NCBI GenBank assembly: GCA_965649825.1
Contig: OZ287699.1
Span: forward strand, 960,477-1,024,476
Reading direction: 5' to 3'
Length of the DNA stretch: 64,000 nucleotides
From: Penicillus capitatus
Lineage: Eukaryota; Plantae; Chlorophyta
The notes beneath the pieces were generated by a model. The model searched no databases, was not told where the DNA came from, and was given only the letters and a program-made list of their open reading frames with translations. Of the stretch, positions 46,468 through 59,684 are shown one piece after another (position 1 is the first letter of the stretch; the number at the start of each line of letters is the position of its first letter). Both the position numbers and the translations under genes were made by a program.

Positions 46468-46964
46468 ATGGAATCCAAAGGCATGGCTTTGCGTTCGAGG
46501 AGAGCGCCTCAATTATCAGAAATCTTCCGATATCACGCTCAGCCACAGGACATTGAGGTGAGTACGCTTGACCGGGCGTTGCCCTTCACACCCGCATGCG
46601 GCACCGATAATGCCGTCCATGTGCATCATTTGCAGAAAAACGTGTCGTCGCGTAGGACGACCTCGAGAAGATGTCTCGGTTGTTGACGCGATTAAAGAGG
46701 CGAAGGATGCAGCGACAGAATGCGTCAGATGCTATCCATGATGCGAGATCGGCTCCCCGTGATCTCGAGAAGACCGAAATGTATCACGAACGCGATCGCG
46801 ACCCTTTCCTCGCCACACCATCCAAGAATTTCCTAACCCCGAATAAGCGACCGAGTCATATGGCAGAAGAGAGAATGGACGAAACGGAGTCACGGCCTAT
46901 CAATCCTGAGTTTCGCCCTTGGTCGAAGTTCGATCCTGTGCACTACCATCACACTTTTCAATAA
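46468..46964 (+). CDS. Possible small unknown protein
   Basis: ORFs 46468-46686 and 46671-46964 with a GTGAGT...TGCAG intron candidate between them; no recognised motif. Confidence 0.3.
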
Positions 46965-47137
46965 GGATCCGTCGATGACGGACTCTCTCTGCAGCTTCTC
47001 CAATTGTCGACGTCTCTGGCTGTAATAGAAAGATGATTGTGTGTTCGTTTTTGGTGAGATGTTTCTGAAATCTTTGCGAATAGGAGGCGTCACCGTTTTC
47101 AAAGGGGCCAAAGAACGTCACATGGTCGCCATCATCA

Positions 47138-47572
47138 TCATCGATTCTTAATCACCGTTTGCAGTTTAATCAGTCCGATCGATCTCAAGCACCGATGGAC
47201 AATGGGTGTGAGGCTCATAGCGACCGGAATCTTCACAGGCACCAACGCCTTGGTACACAAGAAGGCCAGCGCTATACTACTGCCCTTTCCTTCGCTCACG
47301 AGTCTGTTATACCATCGCGTGTTGGCAGCGAGTTGCTCTTCGCTTTCCTGAGTCTGCGACGGTAACAGGCTCCATTTCTGAGAAACGACGGAGGGGGAGT
47401 TGAAGGAGATGGTAAAGATGACGGACGGTACTTGAAGGGTTCCTTTCACATCAAATTTATTCTCGATCGCGAAGTAGAGTCCCCAAAACGTCGCCGCCGA
47501 GATCGTAAAGTATGTTCCGATAGCCGTGACGCCGTACTTACGCACGAGGCCGCGGAATTGCCCTGACGACAT
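47138..47572 (-). CDS. FAM210 / DUF1279-like protein
   Basis: LVRKYGVTAIGTYFTIS...FWGLYFAI and ALAFLCTKALVPVKIPVAMSLTP. Confidence 0.8.
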   Translation of the reverse strand: MSSGQFRGLVRKYGVTAIGTYFTISAATFWGLYFAIENKFDVKGTLQVPSVIFTISFNSPSVVSQKWSLLPSQTQESEEQLAANTRWYNRLVSEGKGSSIALAFLCTKALVPVKIPVAMSLTPIVHRCLRSIGLIKLQTVIKNR

Positions 47573-47640
47573 GACGACGTATTTGAAGCAAACAAACACA
47601 CAAATGAACAAATGTAAACAGTTCACTAATTCCGCCGTTC

Positions 47641-48431
47641 TCATTGCGTTCCAGATGATGTGACATCTTCCTTAAGTGATTGGTATTGATTGGCTGGGCG
47701 CACCATATCGATCATATGTGTGGCGCGTCCTTTGGTAGATGTTGTATCTTCAAGGGGGCCAAGGTCAGAGGATGTTTGCGTCGTGGCACTCGGTGTCATC
47801 ATCTGAATGTATGTCGCTTTGCGTGCGTCTGACGCTTTGGGCTTATAGATCCATGACCAGGCTGCCACAAGGAATCCGACCACCGCAAACACCATCATGA
47901 CAATTGCATACGGCCTACAACCATTTCGGCCTCTGTGCCGTCTCTGCATGATAGGACAGGATACGCACCCGCTGTTCCGCAAGAACAGACCCAGCAGAAG
48001 AAGAATGATGGATGCAATGAGGGAATAAGAGCGTAGCGCCGCCCACAGGAAACAACGCCAGAGCACGCCATTCATCTGTACCACGGTCTTCTACATCACG
48101 GATTCTTCCATACAGTGCTGTCGCACCTGAGTGACAACCAATCCTCTGTCCGGTACGGAGGGAAATTTCAGAACGGCTTGATCCGCGGAGACGGGGCAGA
48201 ACTGAATGTGATACATTCGTGCATTCACATAAAATTCACCTCCATTGTACTCAAAGTACTCACACGACCCCTGAGCAGAACGACGCCTATTTGCATAATG
48301 CCACTGTCGGTTAGGCGCCCCGCCATGTATCGGTGACCGAAGACGAGGAGGCAGAACATCGTTAGCAGTGTGGGAAATGGGAGACCGCAAGCAGAAGTCG
48401 CATCAACGTCGGCAGATAAGCCGAACTTCAA
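47641..48431 (-). CDS. Unknown membrane protein
   Basis: ORFs 48225-48431, 48091-48390 and 47641-48084 with hydrophobic segments and intron-sized breaks. Confidence 0.4.
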
Positions 48432-48612
48432 GAGAACTGAGACAGTAAAGACGGAGTGCGTACAGATGGGTTATCGACGCTAAGCAACTCCGTTTTCTTC
48501 TCGATAGTGATGTGACAGCGAAAGACAACCTTTCTTTTCATCATTACCGGCGATCGACAGAAATTGACGTTTCCTCAGACCTGTCCCGAGCACGAAGGCC
48601 CGGCCGTACGTC

Positions 48613-51600
48613 ATGTTGATTTCGGATGGCGAGCAGCGACGTGGAGGATATGGAGTGAGACGTGACGAACGAGAGGCTTGTTGTTTTTACACGAGTGTGC
48701 ATGTGCAGGACGGAGGTGGACTGACACTCGATAACAAGCTCCCTTTAGCCGAGCCAGTCGCTGTCCGCGGAGAAGCAGAGATGAAACAGGAATTGGAATC
48801 GATTCGACAGCGATTGGGATCGACGACGGACTGGGTGGAACGCATACAGGCGTTGTTGAGGCTAGAGGGGTTGATTCGCGGAGGAGCAGCGCAACGATGG
48901 TCTTCTTTCTTCGAAGGACTGAAGCCGCTCCGAGATCCACTCGTTGCGCAGGTACCGTCCCTCGTCGCATCAGCGATCTCCTCCTGCAGCGCATACCCTG
49001 GAGTGCAGATCAGCGACCGCCGCTCTGCCGTTTCGCGTCAGGCCTGTCACATCGTGGCAATGTTGGCCGTTTGTGCAGGACAGAAGTTCGAGCCCTTTGC
49101 TCTGTTCTTTATTCCTGTCATCACTAAAGTGTGACCAAATGAGAAAGGACAGTGAGAATGGTGAAATGACAGGTCTTGGTGATCACCGTTCAAGTGATGG
49201 CCGATGCGGCGAATGAATGTCTCCATTCCATACTGCATCACTGTCGAAGTGGAAAACTCCTTCCCAAGATTAGCCACTCCATTCTCACAGACAAGAATGC
49301 CAAGATTCGTCAGCACTGTATTAAATATCTTCTTCAAGTCAATGACGACCTGGAACGAAAGATGCAACACTGAGATGTGGACTCAGGTCTATGACACGTG
49401 GAATCCTTCACAGTACGATCGCTATGTGGATTTTACACTTCCTGGTTTGAGAGCAGCATTGCAAGATGCATCCTCTGAGACACGAAGCTTCGGTCGAATG
49501 GCAGTGGCTGCTGTCTATCGCGCTTTTCCCGACAAAGGAAAATCGTTTGTCAAATCACTGGACGGCAGTCTAAAGCTGAGACTCCAACAATTGAAAACGA
49601 TCTACACGCCGGGTATCGCGTGAGAGGTCTATCAGAGAGTCATGATGGATTGGATTTAGGTTCTTTTGCTTTTCCTTTGATCAACATCGGAGAACTGCCG
49701 TCTCTGTGTGATCGCGAGAAGTCTGTAAATGAACAAACCAAGCAACGGAGCAATCTCGTCGAAGAAGCCGAGAGTGATCCAATCGACGATCCCCTGAGCG
49801 TTGTGCAGAAAGAATCCGAGATTGAGACTCCACGCAGAACGCAGATCGATTCTGCAAGAGAGGGCCAAGGTACGGGTTCTGCTTTTTTGATAACTTGCTG
49901 TAACGTTTCCCTGAAGCACCTCTCAGTGGAAATACAACGCCTGTCTCGTACGATACATGCGGAGCAACATCGGCAGCCATTCGATTCCAGACAGGTTCTC
50001 TTTTCAACACAGCAGTGTACGAGTGGATGGATGTTTGTGTTCATTTAAGGTAGCTTCAGCATCGGTGCCCATTCGAGAAAGAAGAACAGGAGAAGACCTC
50101 TCACTCCCGAAAAGGAAGCACGTTTGTCTGTTAGCCTTTCCAAATGTGCGTCCTCTTTGACCATAGTCATAAGCCGTTTGGCCAGTTGTCTAAAACAACG
50201 GTATGTTTGTAGCCGATCAATCTAAGACAGTTTGTTTTGCTCTCCCCGCGAGACGGGAGGTGGAGAAAGGCACAAACGCACAAAGACCATCACCCATTCC
50301 GGAAGAGAAGCAGCGATCTCTGGGGGCACTCCTTGGGAAAGCAGGAAAAGGATGGCATGACTGGAAAGCGAAGGTGCGGCTGTCCGTCATGGAATAAAGA
50401 CAACATTCAATTTCCTTGTAGGAAGGGATCATGACAGAGCTGCTGGCTTTGATACATGGCAGAGATCTAACTCCTTCTGAGATGATCGGGTCACTCTTCT
50501 CACTCACAAAGGTCCTGCGTCTATTTCTAGAAGACCCACATCACAAGGTACTCCCTGGTGTTCAGCTGGCAGTTATCAACAGCATTGTAGGTGGTGGAAA
50601 TTACGCTCGAGTTTATCGAACACTGCTATGACAGATACCCTGTGCACCTGGAGTCTCTGTTTGTCCATTTGGCACCCATCCTCTTCACAAAGAGTATCGA
50701 CCAGAAGACTTCCATACAGAATCGGTCGGCCACGATTCTTCAGAGTGGTTTCCATTCTCAGCAGATGATGAAGGGCGAATGTATTGTCTTGGCAGATTGT
50801 GCTGATTGCTATTCGGGAGATCTCCTCTGGTCGGCATGTCTGGATGCCCTCAATGTGTTAAAGATGCCAAAGTGCTTTCCGGAGATCTTCAAGTATCTTT
50901 GTCACTGCCTCAAGCGACAACCGCAGCCAAAAGTCCCTTCCCAAGCACACCTCATCCGGAGAGGGATCTGTCAAATTCTCTCCTATTCCGCGGATAAGAA
51001 CCCTACCGTGCGTCAGACGTCATCACAGTTGGTGGAGGATCTCATTGCATCCGTTTCGAAGGACGTCCTCCGTCAACATCTCAATCAAGCCGATCCAGAA
51101 GAGCGTGTATGATGATCCTCCAATCCATGGTCCTGTGGATCTAAATGTTTTTTTTCTGCAGCTTATCTTGATACAGAAACTGCGCCAGAAGCATCCTGAC
51201 CTCTTTCCAGATTTCCATACGCCGAACAAGAGCCCGGCCAGAAGCCGTACGCCGAACAGGGAGCGAAGTCGTACCCCGGGTCAGTGCTTTGAGAGAGGCA
51301 ACTCTTGTTCACCTTGGATGTCTAGAGAAAACGCCAAGCGTTTCAAAGAAAAGGCGCAGCGAGATGTGTGCCAGTATAAATGAATGGCTATCCGAGTGGC
51401 TCGTTCCCTGTCAGGGGCTGACAGAAGTGGAAAAGCTCAATCGGGTCTCGACGGCGATCGATCGAATGGCCACACTGGAAGGACAATCGTCTGAGCCCCT
51501 GCAGCCAAACGTACGTCTGCCTCTATACTCTCGACCACTCCTGGCAATTCATCCAACAGTTGATCGATCAATGTGTGGCTCTGCTGACAACTTCGAAGAG

Positions 51601-52247
51601 CGCCGTCAGAGAACAGCTGCTTCTACTCCTCCACGAAATCTTTCGACGTTTTCGCTGCCACCTTACAAAGGAGAGTATCCGAGATCTCATCCATGCCCTA
51701 TTGACTGTGGCATCCGATTCGACAGATCCAGTAACGTGGCGTGCAGGTTTTCCGATCAAAATGTGTGATACGTGGCAGGTTCTGTTGGCGATGGATATGG
51801 CAGTGGAGGCTTTGCTGAAGTCTGTTTCCATCTCGGCAGCCTATGCAGCATGTCTCAACTGCCTTCTGCAATCGGACGATCTGTTGGCGCACGATAGTCC
51901 ATTCATTGTTTTCCTCAAAATCTTGAGGAAGCTGACACAGATGCTGCACCCGGAGGAGCTGTTGTGCAGAATGGAGGAGACACAGTTTGCCATTGTCGGT
52001 GTTTTGACATCTCGTTGGAACAGTGACCTGGTGAGTGTGCGCAAAGCAGTGGTGAGCTGTTTGGCCGAGATCGGCAAAAAGATTGGCCACAAGTAAGCAA
52101 CCAACACCGACAGCGGCGTCGTCCAATCTACAATGCTGCAGGTTGGATGGTCATTTGTCTGCCCTCTCGGAATCACAAAGAAGACTCCTGCAGCTCTATA
52201 TTGAAAAGAGTGATCAGAACAGGTGTGTGCCAGACGTTTCAAAATAA
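48613..52247 (+). CDS. CLASP: CLASP-like microtubule-associated TOG/HEAT protein
   Basis: DWVERIQAL, DRRSAVSRQAC, LVITVQVMA, DKNAKIRQHC, DASSETR (CLASP_N); C-terminal VSVRKAVVSCL and LSESQRRLLQLYI. Confidence 0.85.
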
Positions 52248-53050
52248 AGTGCAAAGGGCCCGACGTTTCCGTTCTTCCTTATTCAAAGATTGAATCGAGC
52301 ATTCCTAGAATCACTGCTCCTCCATTAAACGCACGACGCGGACTGACATCACATTCCTTTGCATAGACACTCGCAAAGAGCGCTGTCATCACGAACGCCG
52401 TTCTGAAAATGCATGGAGAATGGGAGGGACAATCATGAAGGATTGCTACAGACACTTGACGGTTTTCGATTACGTGTGAGATTTGCGAACCATGAAGAAA
52501 ACGAACTGCTGCAGGTCATCTGCACATTCTTCGCCTTAAAGTGCTCCACTACATGGCATTTCACCGCGAACAGGAGATCAAGAGATGAACGATGCGAACA
52601 GTGATACGTGGATTGAGGCAGAACGATCGTAATTCGAATGTTCCTCTAGAACAGACAGAAACAGCATCACCTGCACAGATCTCTTCATACAGAGACAACA
52701 AATTGTACAAAGCACAAAACTCCAAAAATCATATTCTTCAGCCATCGGTGTTACAAAATAAAACACCGTAGTCACGTTTACCTGCACAACCTATGACGGT
52801 ATCGTCAGGAAATGCCTTATACAGACTTTTCTTCCTCTTGTCACGCATGTTGGACAGTAAGGTCAACCACAGAGGAATATCTCAGAGTTCGTTCAGGGAC
52901 CTCCGTCCATTCCTTTTAACATCCGTTCCTTTCTATTTGACGGAGTCGATCGAATCAGGAGATATCAAATTCGTCATCGTCCGGCTGATGAGACATCGTT
53001 ACTTAAAGAGAATACGTCGTTATTGTCAAAAAACGGATGCTCAGCTGTCT

Positions 53051-55515
53051 CTAAGTGTGATCTCTGACATAGCGTTTCTGAAGTGCTAGGTGCGTATGTA
53101 TGGCTCTCAGCAGCTTCATCCATCCTTCCTTTCCAGATGCCATCCTTTCTTGATACTCGGCCTCTGCCAAAGCCTTTTCTCTTTCCTCGTATGCATCGAA
53201 GACGCGTTGGGCGTCTTCCGTGCAGATAACCACTCCATCTAACTTGGGTACCTGCTTACCTCCGCGCACCTGTTCGAATCCCACAGTTGCAATGGCATAA
53301 TCGATTCCAAGCTGTCGGCAAATGGGGACGATGCGTGGCAATGTCACGTGTGTCGTGTTCTTTGGAAGAGATGGCACCAAAGGCGGTAAATCCACTTTGC
53401 CGTAATCATTCTTGGGCACAACTCCGTCCTTGGCCACAGGCGCTTTCCATTTCGTCGTCTGCCATTCTCCATACAGTCCTAACATCTCTTCTTCCCCTTC
53501 CTCCTCCTCATCGTCATCTGGTATCTATCCACACATCTCCAGGCGATTTGCAAAGACAACAAAGAACGAAGCACTTCTTCGGTAAAGGTCAATTTCTTTC
53601 CACATCCAAAGAGCTTCTTGACCAGTTTATGCGGTCTCGGCAGTTCGCTCTCTTTTACGACACGTCCATGTCGAATCCAGCGTGTCTTCGAATGCAAATC
53701 TGCCAAGTCCGTGCGCGCATAATACGGTTCGTTTCTGTACTGACCGACGCGTCTGGACTTTGGTTTTAGCCCCTGAATCAGCATCCCATGCAGCCAACCG
53801 GATATACGATGACCAGAACCTCATAGCGCTTAATGTGGCGTGGAAGAACGTAATTGAGACTGCACTTGAACTCCTCCAACGTCTTTGGGTTCTGCTTTCT
53901 CCGCTCAGCGACCATCAGCTCCAACTCTTCTTCCTCTTTCTCCATGAGATTTCTGATGCGTTTCGCTTAAACACAGTACTTAATCGCAACGGAAGCAACG
54001 ACATACAGCATCATACTTGCGCTGCTAAACTGCTCTCTCAAGGATGTCATCATCGTTTCTGTGTAGGGTTCGATGACGGCCCTCCACCACTTGTCTTTTT
54101 GCAATCGCATGCATCGGACAACGTTGCTGATGTAGCGGGGGCTCACATCTCTGGCCCCTCCACCACAATAAGCGACAACATAAATAGCTTTGCTGTTCTG
54201 AGCAGAATTGGGGACTTCTAGAGGACTGCACCAAGGAAAGAACCGTCAGTATGATCCAGTGCGGCATACCGACCAAACCTATCGACCAGTTCAAACAGCG
54301 GACTGACATGAATCCATCTGCTCTTGCCTTCCCTATTCATCCATACCTCACACCACGCTTCCTGCTTCACTTTTCTGGGCATTGCTGTCTTCTTTGCTTT
54401 GTCTGATGCAAATACCGTACCCGGCTGCATCTCCAGAAGGCTGCTCAACAAACAGATGCCATTCAGGCAAGGACAATGTAAGACAGCTATGAGAATGACG
54501 CACCGTACAATTCTTGTGTGAAATTTCAGAGACTTCAAGAGAGCGGCAAAGACAGCATTGAGATGCTCCCCTCTACCTTCTTTCCTTACAACTGTATCGT
54601 TGAGCGTTCTCCGAAGGGGCTTTGCCATTTTTATCAGATGCTTAGGTGGTTGGATGGGCTGAGGAGTGAGCTTAGTAAACGTCTGGCTAAACCACTCGAA
54701 CAGTCTCTTCATCCATTCAACGACATCGTCCACATCGGGATCCAGAAATTCGGTCGGAACAATGGATAGCATCCGACTCTGTTGAATGCTCTTTTCTGTA
54801 CAGACAGCTGTAACGTGTGACCGACCTGTAGGAGAGGATCATCGGTGGCTTTGTCGATATGGAATCCCTGGGCGATATCGAGAAGAAAAGACACCTGTGC
54901 TAGACTCTTCTGCAAATCTCTTTCCTCTTTCGACAGCTTCCGCTTCCCATCTGCCGACAGAACCGATGATCCGATGCGATGGTCGGGCCGTTCGAGTGAA
55001 GGGACCTGTCGGTTCGGTTTCGGCGGCGCCCAGATCAATGGCCAATCCTGAATTGGTTGTTTCTTGGACATCCAGTTCTTGCCATTCGACATCCGAATCT
55101 GCAGATGGCTAGAAACATCGTCTCTGTTACTCAACGGTATCTTTTTGTAGCAAGAACGACACCGATGCTCCGTTTTCTGGTTTTGCCGGTGCTCCACACT
55201 CGCCGACAGTCACATCACTTTTACGATTCGGTGCATTGAGAACGGACGCGACCTTTGAACAGGAGAGAGCGATCGCGATCTTAAGGATCGTCTGCTGAAA
55301 GAGCGTCCACCTACCTGGTCCAAATGATGGACGTTGTCTGTCTGCGTCTCCTCCTCTTTGGGCCCGAGCATCTCTTCGATGCCAGCTCGACTCGCTCCAG
55401 CAAGCGTCCGAGCATCTCGACTTGATGAAGGTGCGATCGCCCGTCGCTTTCTCGCGATTCCTCTTTTCGGACGCGACGTTGGCGTTCCTCGCTTTCGTCG
55501 TTTTCCAGGCGGCAT
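53051..55515 (-). CDS. XPC: XPC/Rad4 nucleotide-excision-repair damage sensor
   Basis: EAWCEVW...RWIHVSP, EPYYAR.D...LHSKTRW, GLYGEWQT, VPKNDYGKVD, CRQLGIDYA.ATVGF, DGVVIC and WMKLLR. Confidence 0.94.
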
Positions 55516-55663
55516 TGAATTTTCAGTCGTCTGAAGGATTTAACTCATTAACGAACAGGTTGACACAATTCGAATCAGCCCTAAAGAGTACAGAAACCGG
55601 CGAACGAGTACCAGATGCGTGACATGAATGCGATTGTAGGAGGACAGAAAAACTGAGCGACAT

Positions 55664-57596
55664 TTAGGGAAAGGCTTTAATCATTGCCAAGAATTCGGGA
55701 TAGTCGATGTTCCCATCGCCATTTACATCGACCTCATCCACGATGTGGTCGATTTCTTCTTCCGTTAGAACATGGTTTGGCTTCAAGGCATTCATAATTT
55801 CGTCACGGGTGATATATCCGTTGCCATCTGCATCTAATTGTTCGAAAGCAGCACGAATGTTCTCTTCATACTCCAGATTTCGCAGCTGAGAAAACAAGAC
55901 CTTGCATTATACCATTAATAGAGGAAAGAATAAGAGAGATATAAACGACCTGGATGTTGGCCGCTACAAACTCCTCATAGTTCACAGCGCCTCGCTGTTC
56001 CAGATCTGCATTCTGGATCACATCATACAGCTCATATTCACGGATCTATATAGAAAAGCTTGATGAGGAAGGAAAGAAGAGTGGGGGCTTGTGTGCACCA
56101 GTGATCCCTTTTCTCTCATGGCTGTTTTCATCTCATCCAGATTGATCCACCCATCGCCATCTTTGTCCATTTTGTCAAAAATGGTCTTAAGGCCTTCTGT
56201 CTCCCGCTCGGGCAGCATACCTGCTATCAATTTCAGCGCAATGCGCTTGAGTTTGTTACATTGCGAGAAATTCTCCATCTTTTTCAAAATGGCGTTTGGC
56301 AATGGTTGTCGTGGGGTGACGCCATTTTCTTTCAGCCATCTAGGCGACAGCGACATCGCCATTTTTCAGAACTGCATGGAACAAGACGAAGTGAACTTGT
56401 GTTCCAAAACGTCACGAGCTTTGGGCCGCTTCTCTGGATCGCGTTCCAACATGTAGCGAATACACTCCTTTGCATCTTTCGATACGTTTTCCCATAGAGG
56501 CCCTTTGAATTCTAACGGCCAATAGAGTATTGCACGAATCGTCTCAACGTTGGTATGACCACAAAACGGAGGTTCTCCTGTGCATCCCACAAAACGCCAT
56601 TCATCTCATGCTCGAGTTCAAACAGGGCACAAACCGCAGAGAAGAATATACACAATCACACCGGCAGACCATATATCCGCAGGAAAAGAGTAGTTCCTTT
56701 GCAGGACCTCAGGCGCAATGTAGTAGATGCTGCCCACCATTTCACGCAGCACCTCGCTCTCAGATATGAATTTCGACACGCCAAAGTCAATCGCTTTCAG
56801 TTTTGCCCCGGGTCCTAAACCATCCATCCATGCATGCATCACTCACCCGTACCGCTTGACCATCTCACCTTGATGTGACAGAAGGAAATTCTCCGGTTTC
56901 AGGTCACGATGAATAACATAATGATCATGGAGAACAGCGATGACCTTCAGCATCGCCCGCAGCATACAGGCAGCATCATACTCACTGAAGGTCCCCTACA
57001 CAGATCCATCATCATCATCTGCCATATGGATCCATCAGAATGGCCCTGCGATTGACCCACCCTCTCGACAATCGAGTCAAAAAGCTCTCCCCCTGTGCAG
57101 AGCTCCATGATGATATGTACGCTGTCTCTGTCTTCAAACACATTAAAGATCTCGATGATGTTCTCGTTTCCTTTCAACAAATGCAGGATCGTGACCTCTG
57201 CGTCAACAACCGTCTATCTTCTCATGCACGGATTCTTTACCGATACAATCGCACCCTTCTGTAGCATCTCCACCTCGGACTCGTTTTTCAGTTTGCTCTT
57301 GTGAACTGTCTTGCATGCGTATTGTATATTCGTTTGCCGATCTGTGGCAACACGCGTGATGCCAAATCTGCCTTGACCCAATTTCTGGGGAGCGAGCTCG
57401 AAATATTTGTTAATGTTTTCCGTTTTTTTGATAATAATCTCATCCTCCTCTGGTACTGCCTGAAATGGGAAGACTGTCTTCATATCATCCATCACCTAAG
57501 GCGAAGGATACGCACGCTCTGATTCCCTTCAAAGACCGTCGGTCGTCTTCGAAAGGTGTAGCCAGGGTATCGGCTTTTGGGAAGTGTGTTTCCCAT
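55664..57596 (-). CDS. Calcium-dependent protein kinase (CDPK/CPK)
   Basis: MGN start; [39 protein letters not shown]; junction [12 protein letters not shown]; EF-hands ([37 protein letters not shown]). Confidence 0.97.
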
Positions 57597-57841
57597 AACG
57601 GTATCGACGATAGTGATAACCGAACGCGATGGCGCGAAGGCCGTCTTCCGCCAGGATAAACGCAAATGAACGTAATTTTGAAAGACCGAGAGACCGGACA
57701 CTGATGAGACCGCGCGGAACCTGCCTAGTCATTGTCACATCAATACGATACCATGACGCACGCACAAGCGTTAGACACCATGAGTCATTCTTATCGCCTT
57801 CATGCATCATGTCTCCCACGGTACCTGTATGACACACCTCG

Positions 57842-58464
57842 TCATCTTAATGGGTAGACACTCACGCATCGGACCTTCATTTTCGTCGCTTTGCGTATGG
57901 CATCTTTGTCACTGTTATGATAGATCCCCTGTGCACGATCTCATACAGTCATTGCCAGCATCTCCGATGTAAGTGTACTTCGACGATGATTTCGTCCAGC
58001 GTTAGACAGAGGACAGAGTATTGTTCGATGAGTAGTGCTTCCGTTGGCGGACGCGACAGGACGTCCTTCAGAGAGATGACCAGTGTCTCGAGCACCTCTT
58101 TTACTAAAGTACGTAACGTGAAGGGTGACACAAAATGATCATGCATTCATCACACATGCGAGTTCATCGTAGTCTCCGGAACCCAAGGCAAAAAAGACGA
58201 CATCTCCTATAGGGGTGAACACAATGGCGGCCCCTCTATGAAATAGAGCGTGAGCTGCGTCGCCAGGATGACGTTTTTGCACTTGTATGTACCGACATAG
58301 CTTTTGCCTTCTTCTGCTTTGCGACCGATAGCGCTGCGAGTGTCCTGGAACGATGCGCGAATCTCTGCGCGCTTTTCTTCGGTCGTTGAGTCGTAGAAGC
58401 GCTCGTAAATGACACTGCCGATTCGGGTCGTGACCACGACAGCGTGAATTCGACCCTGTGCCAT
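57842..58464 (-). CDS. Longin-like small subunit of the TPLATE/TSET complex (LOLITA/TSPOON-like)
   Basis: IHAVVVTTRIGSVIYERF, IVFTPIGDVVFFALGSGDYDELA and KDVLSRPPTEALLIEQYSVLCLTLDEII match the recalled LOLITA pattern (ERF; DEYDELA; KDVCGKPPTE; LCLDEI). Confidence 0.8.
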
Positions 58465-58499
58465 AAGTACGACAGCATACCGCAGCTAAACACCTTGTA

Positions 58500-58964
58500 T
58501 ATCGCAGATTCGATCGAGTTGCCGCAACAAGAAAACACGCAACTTTGCACAGAGCTGTCGACACTGCGAGCAGAGAATACCAAACACGAAACAAACACAC
58601 GAACAACATCCAAGACACCATCGCGTCAAGGCACTTGTGCTATTGGAAGAGGTCTATGGCGACTTGGTCGATACAACCCAACGGCACATGCTTGTCGATA
58701 TCCGACGTGAAATGGATGAAGCCTCAAAGAGTCTGGTACTGAACCGATGATGCATCGAATTGTCTAATGGGTCGCGAAGAAGCGCTTTCTATCCGAAGAC
58801 AGAGTCTCGAATTGCAGGAACGTCTGAAACAAGCAGAGGATGAAAAGACAACTGCCGAGATCGACCGTGGGACGTCGATGTATAAACAGACACGGAAGAC
58901 GAGAGTGATGCGTGTCAACCTTGAAGAGACATCACGCTCAATGCTGGACAGTCCCAGTTTTTAA
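58500..58964 (+). CDS. Possible small helical protein
   Basis: Protein-like exons (VKALVLLEEVYGDLVDTTQRHMLVDIRREMDE; LELQERLKQAEDEK) with an intron-sized gap; start unknown. Confidence 0.3.
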
Positions 58965-59684
58965 GATAGCTACAAGAATGCCGTCCATTTTGCATTTGGC
59001 GGCAAGAATGCCAAATCCTTGCAAAGTCTAGATGCGTCATCGTCCTCTATCCGGCAGCGCCATGCGTCGGGATTCAATGCGTTGCAGCTCGGGCTAGCTG
59101 CTTACCAAAACCTTTAGAGACAGTCGCACATTCAGGGCGACAGGTTGGTCTCGCTATTCAAACGATAGCGTGTCTCTCTGATCACAGCAGTAATGTTGTA
59201 CGCAGGTTGGACGCATCCCCGAACGATCTCTGTCGAAGAAAGCCCATTAATGACCAACATTCGATTTCACGCGAATCCCGTCTATTTTCAGCCATGAGTT
59301 ACGAGCAGGTATCGTCGTCTCCTTCTTTAAGGGCTGAGATGAAAACGGTTGTGATGAACCTGCGTGTCGTTCGTCAATGCGGATTGCCTTGGGAAGGATT
59401 CATCGAAGATCTGAGCACCACGGGTCATCCGACGCCAAAGCAATGTGCTTCACATCGGTGACTAAACTACCGTTTCGGATGACAGACGTCAGACACAAAA
59501 GGAAGCGATCACAATGGCAGTGGAGGAAAAAGAAAAATTCAGACGCGGAGTTGAGTCGCCTCTACGCAAAATGGTTGTCATCAGTAAATGGACATTCGTA
59601 CCGCAGCGCCGAAAAATTTTGGACAGCAGACGCCGCGTGGTTAAAGCGCGTTTTGACTCGATCTTTGTTTTGGTTTGCTAAACG

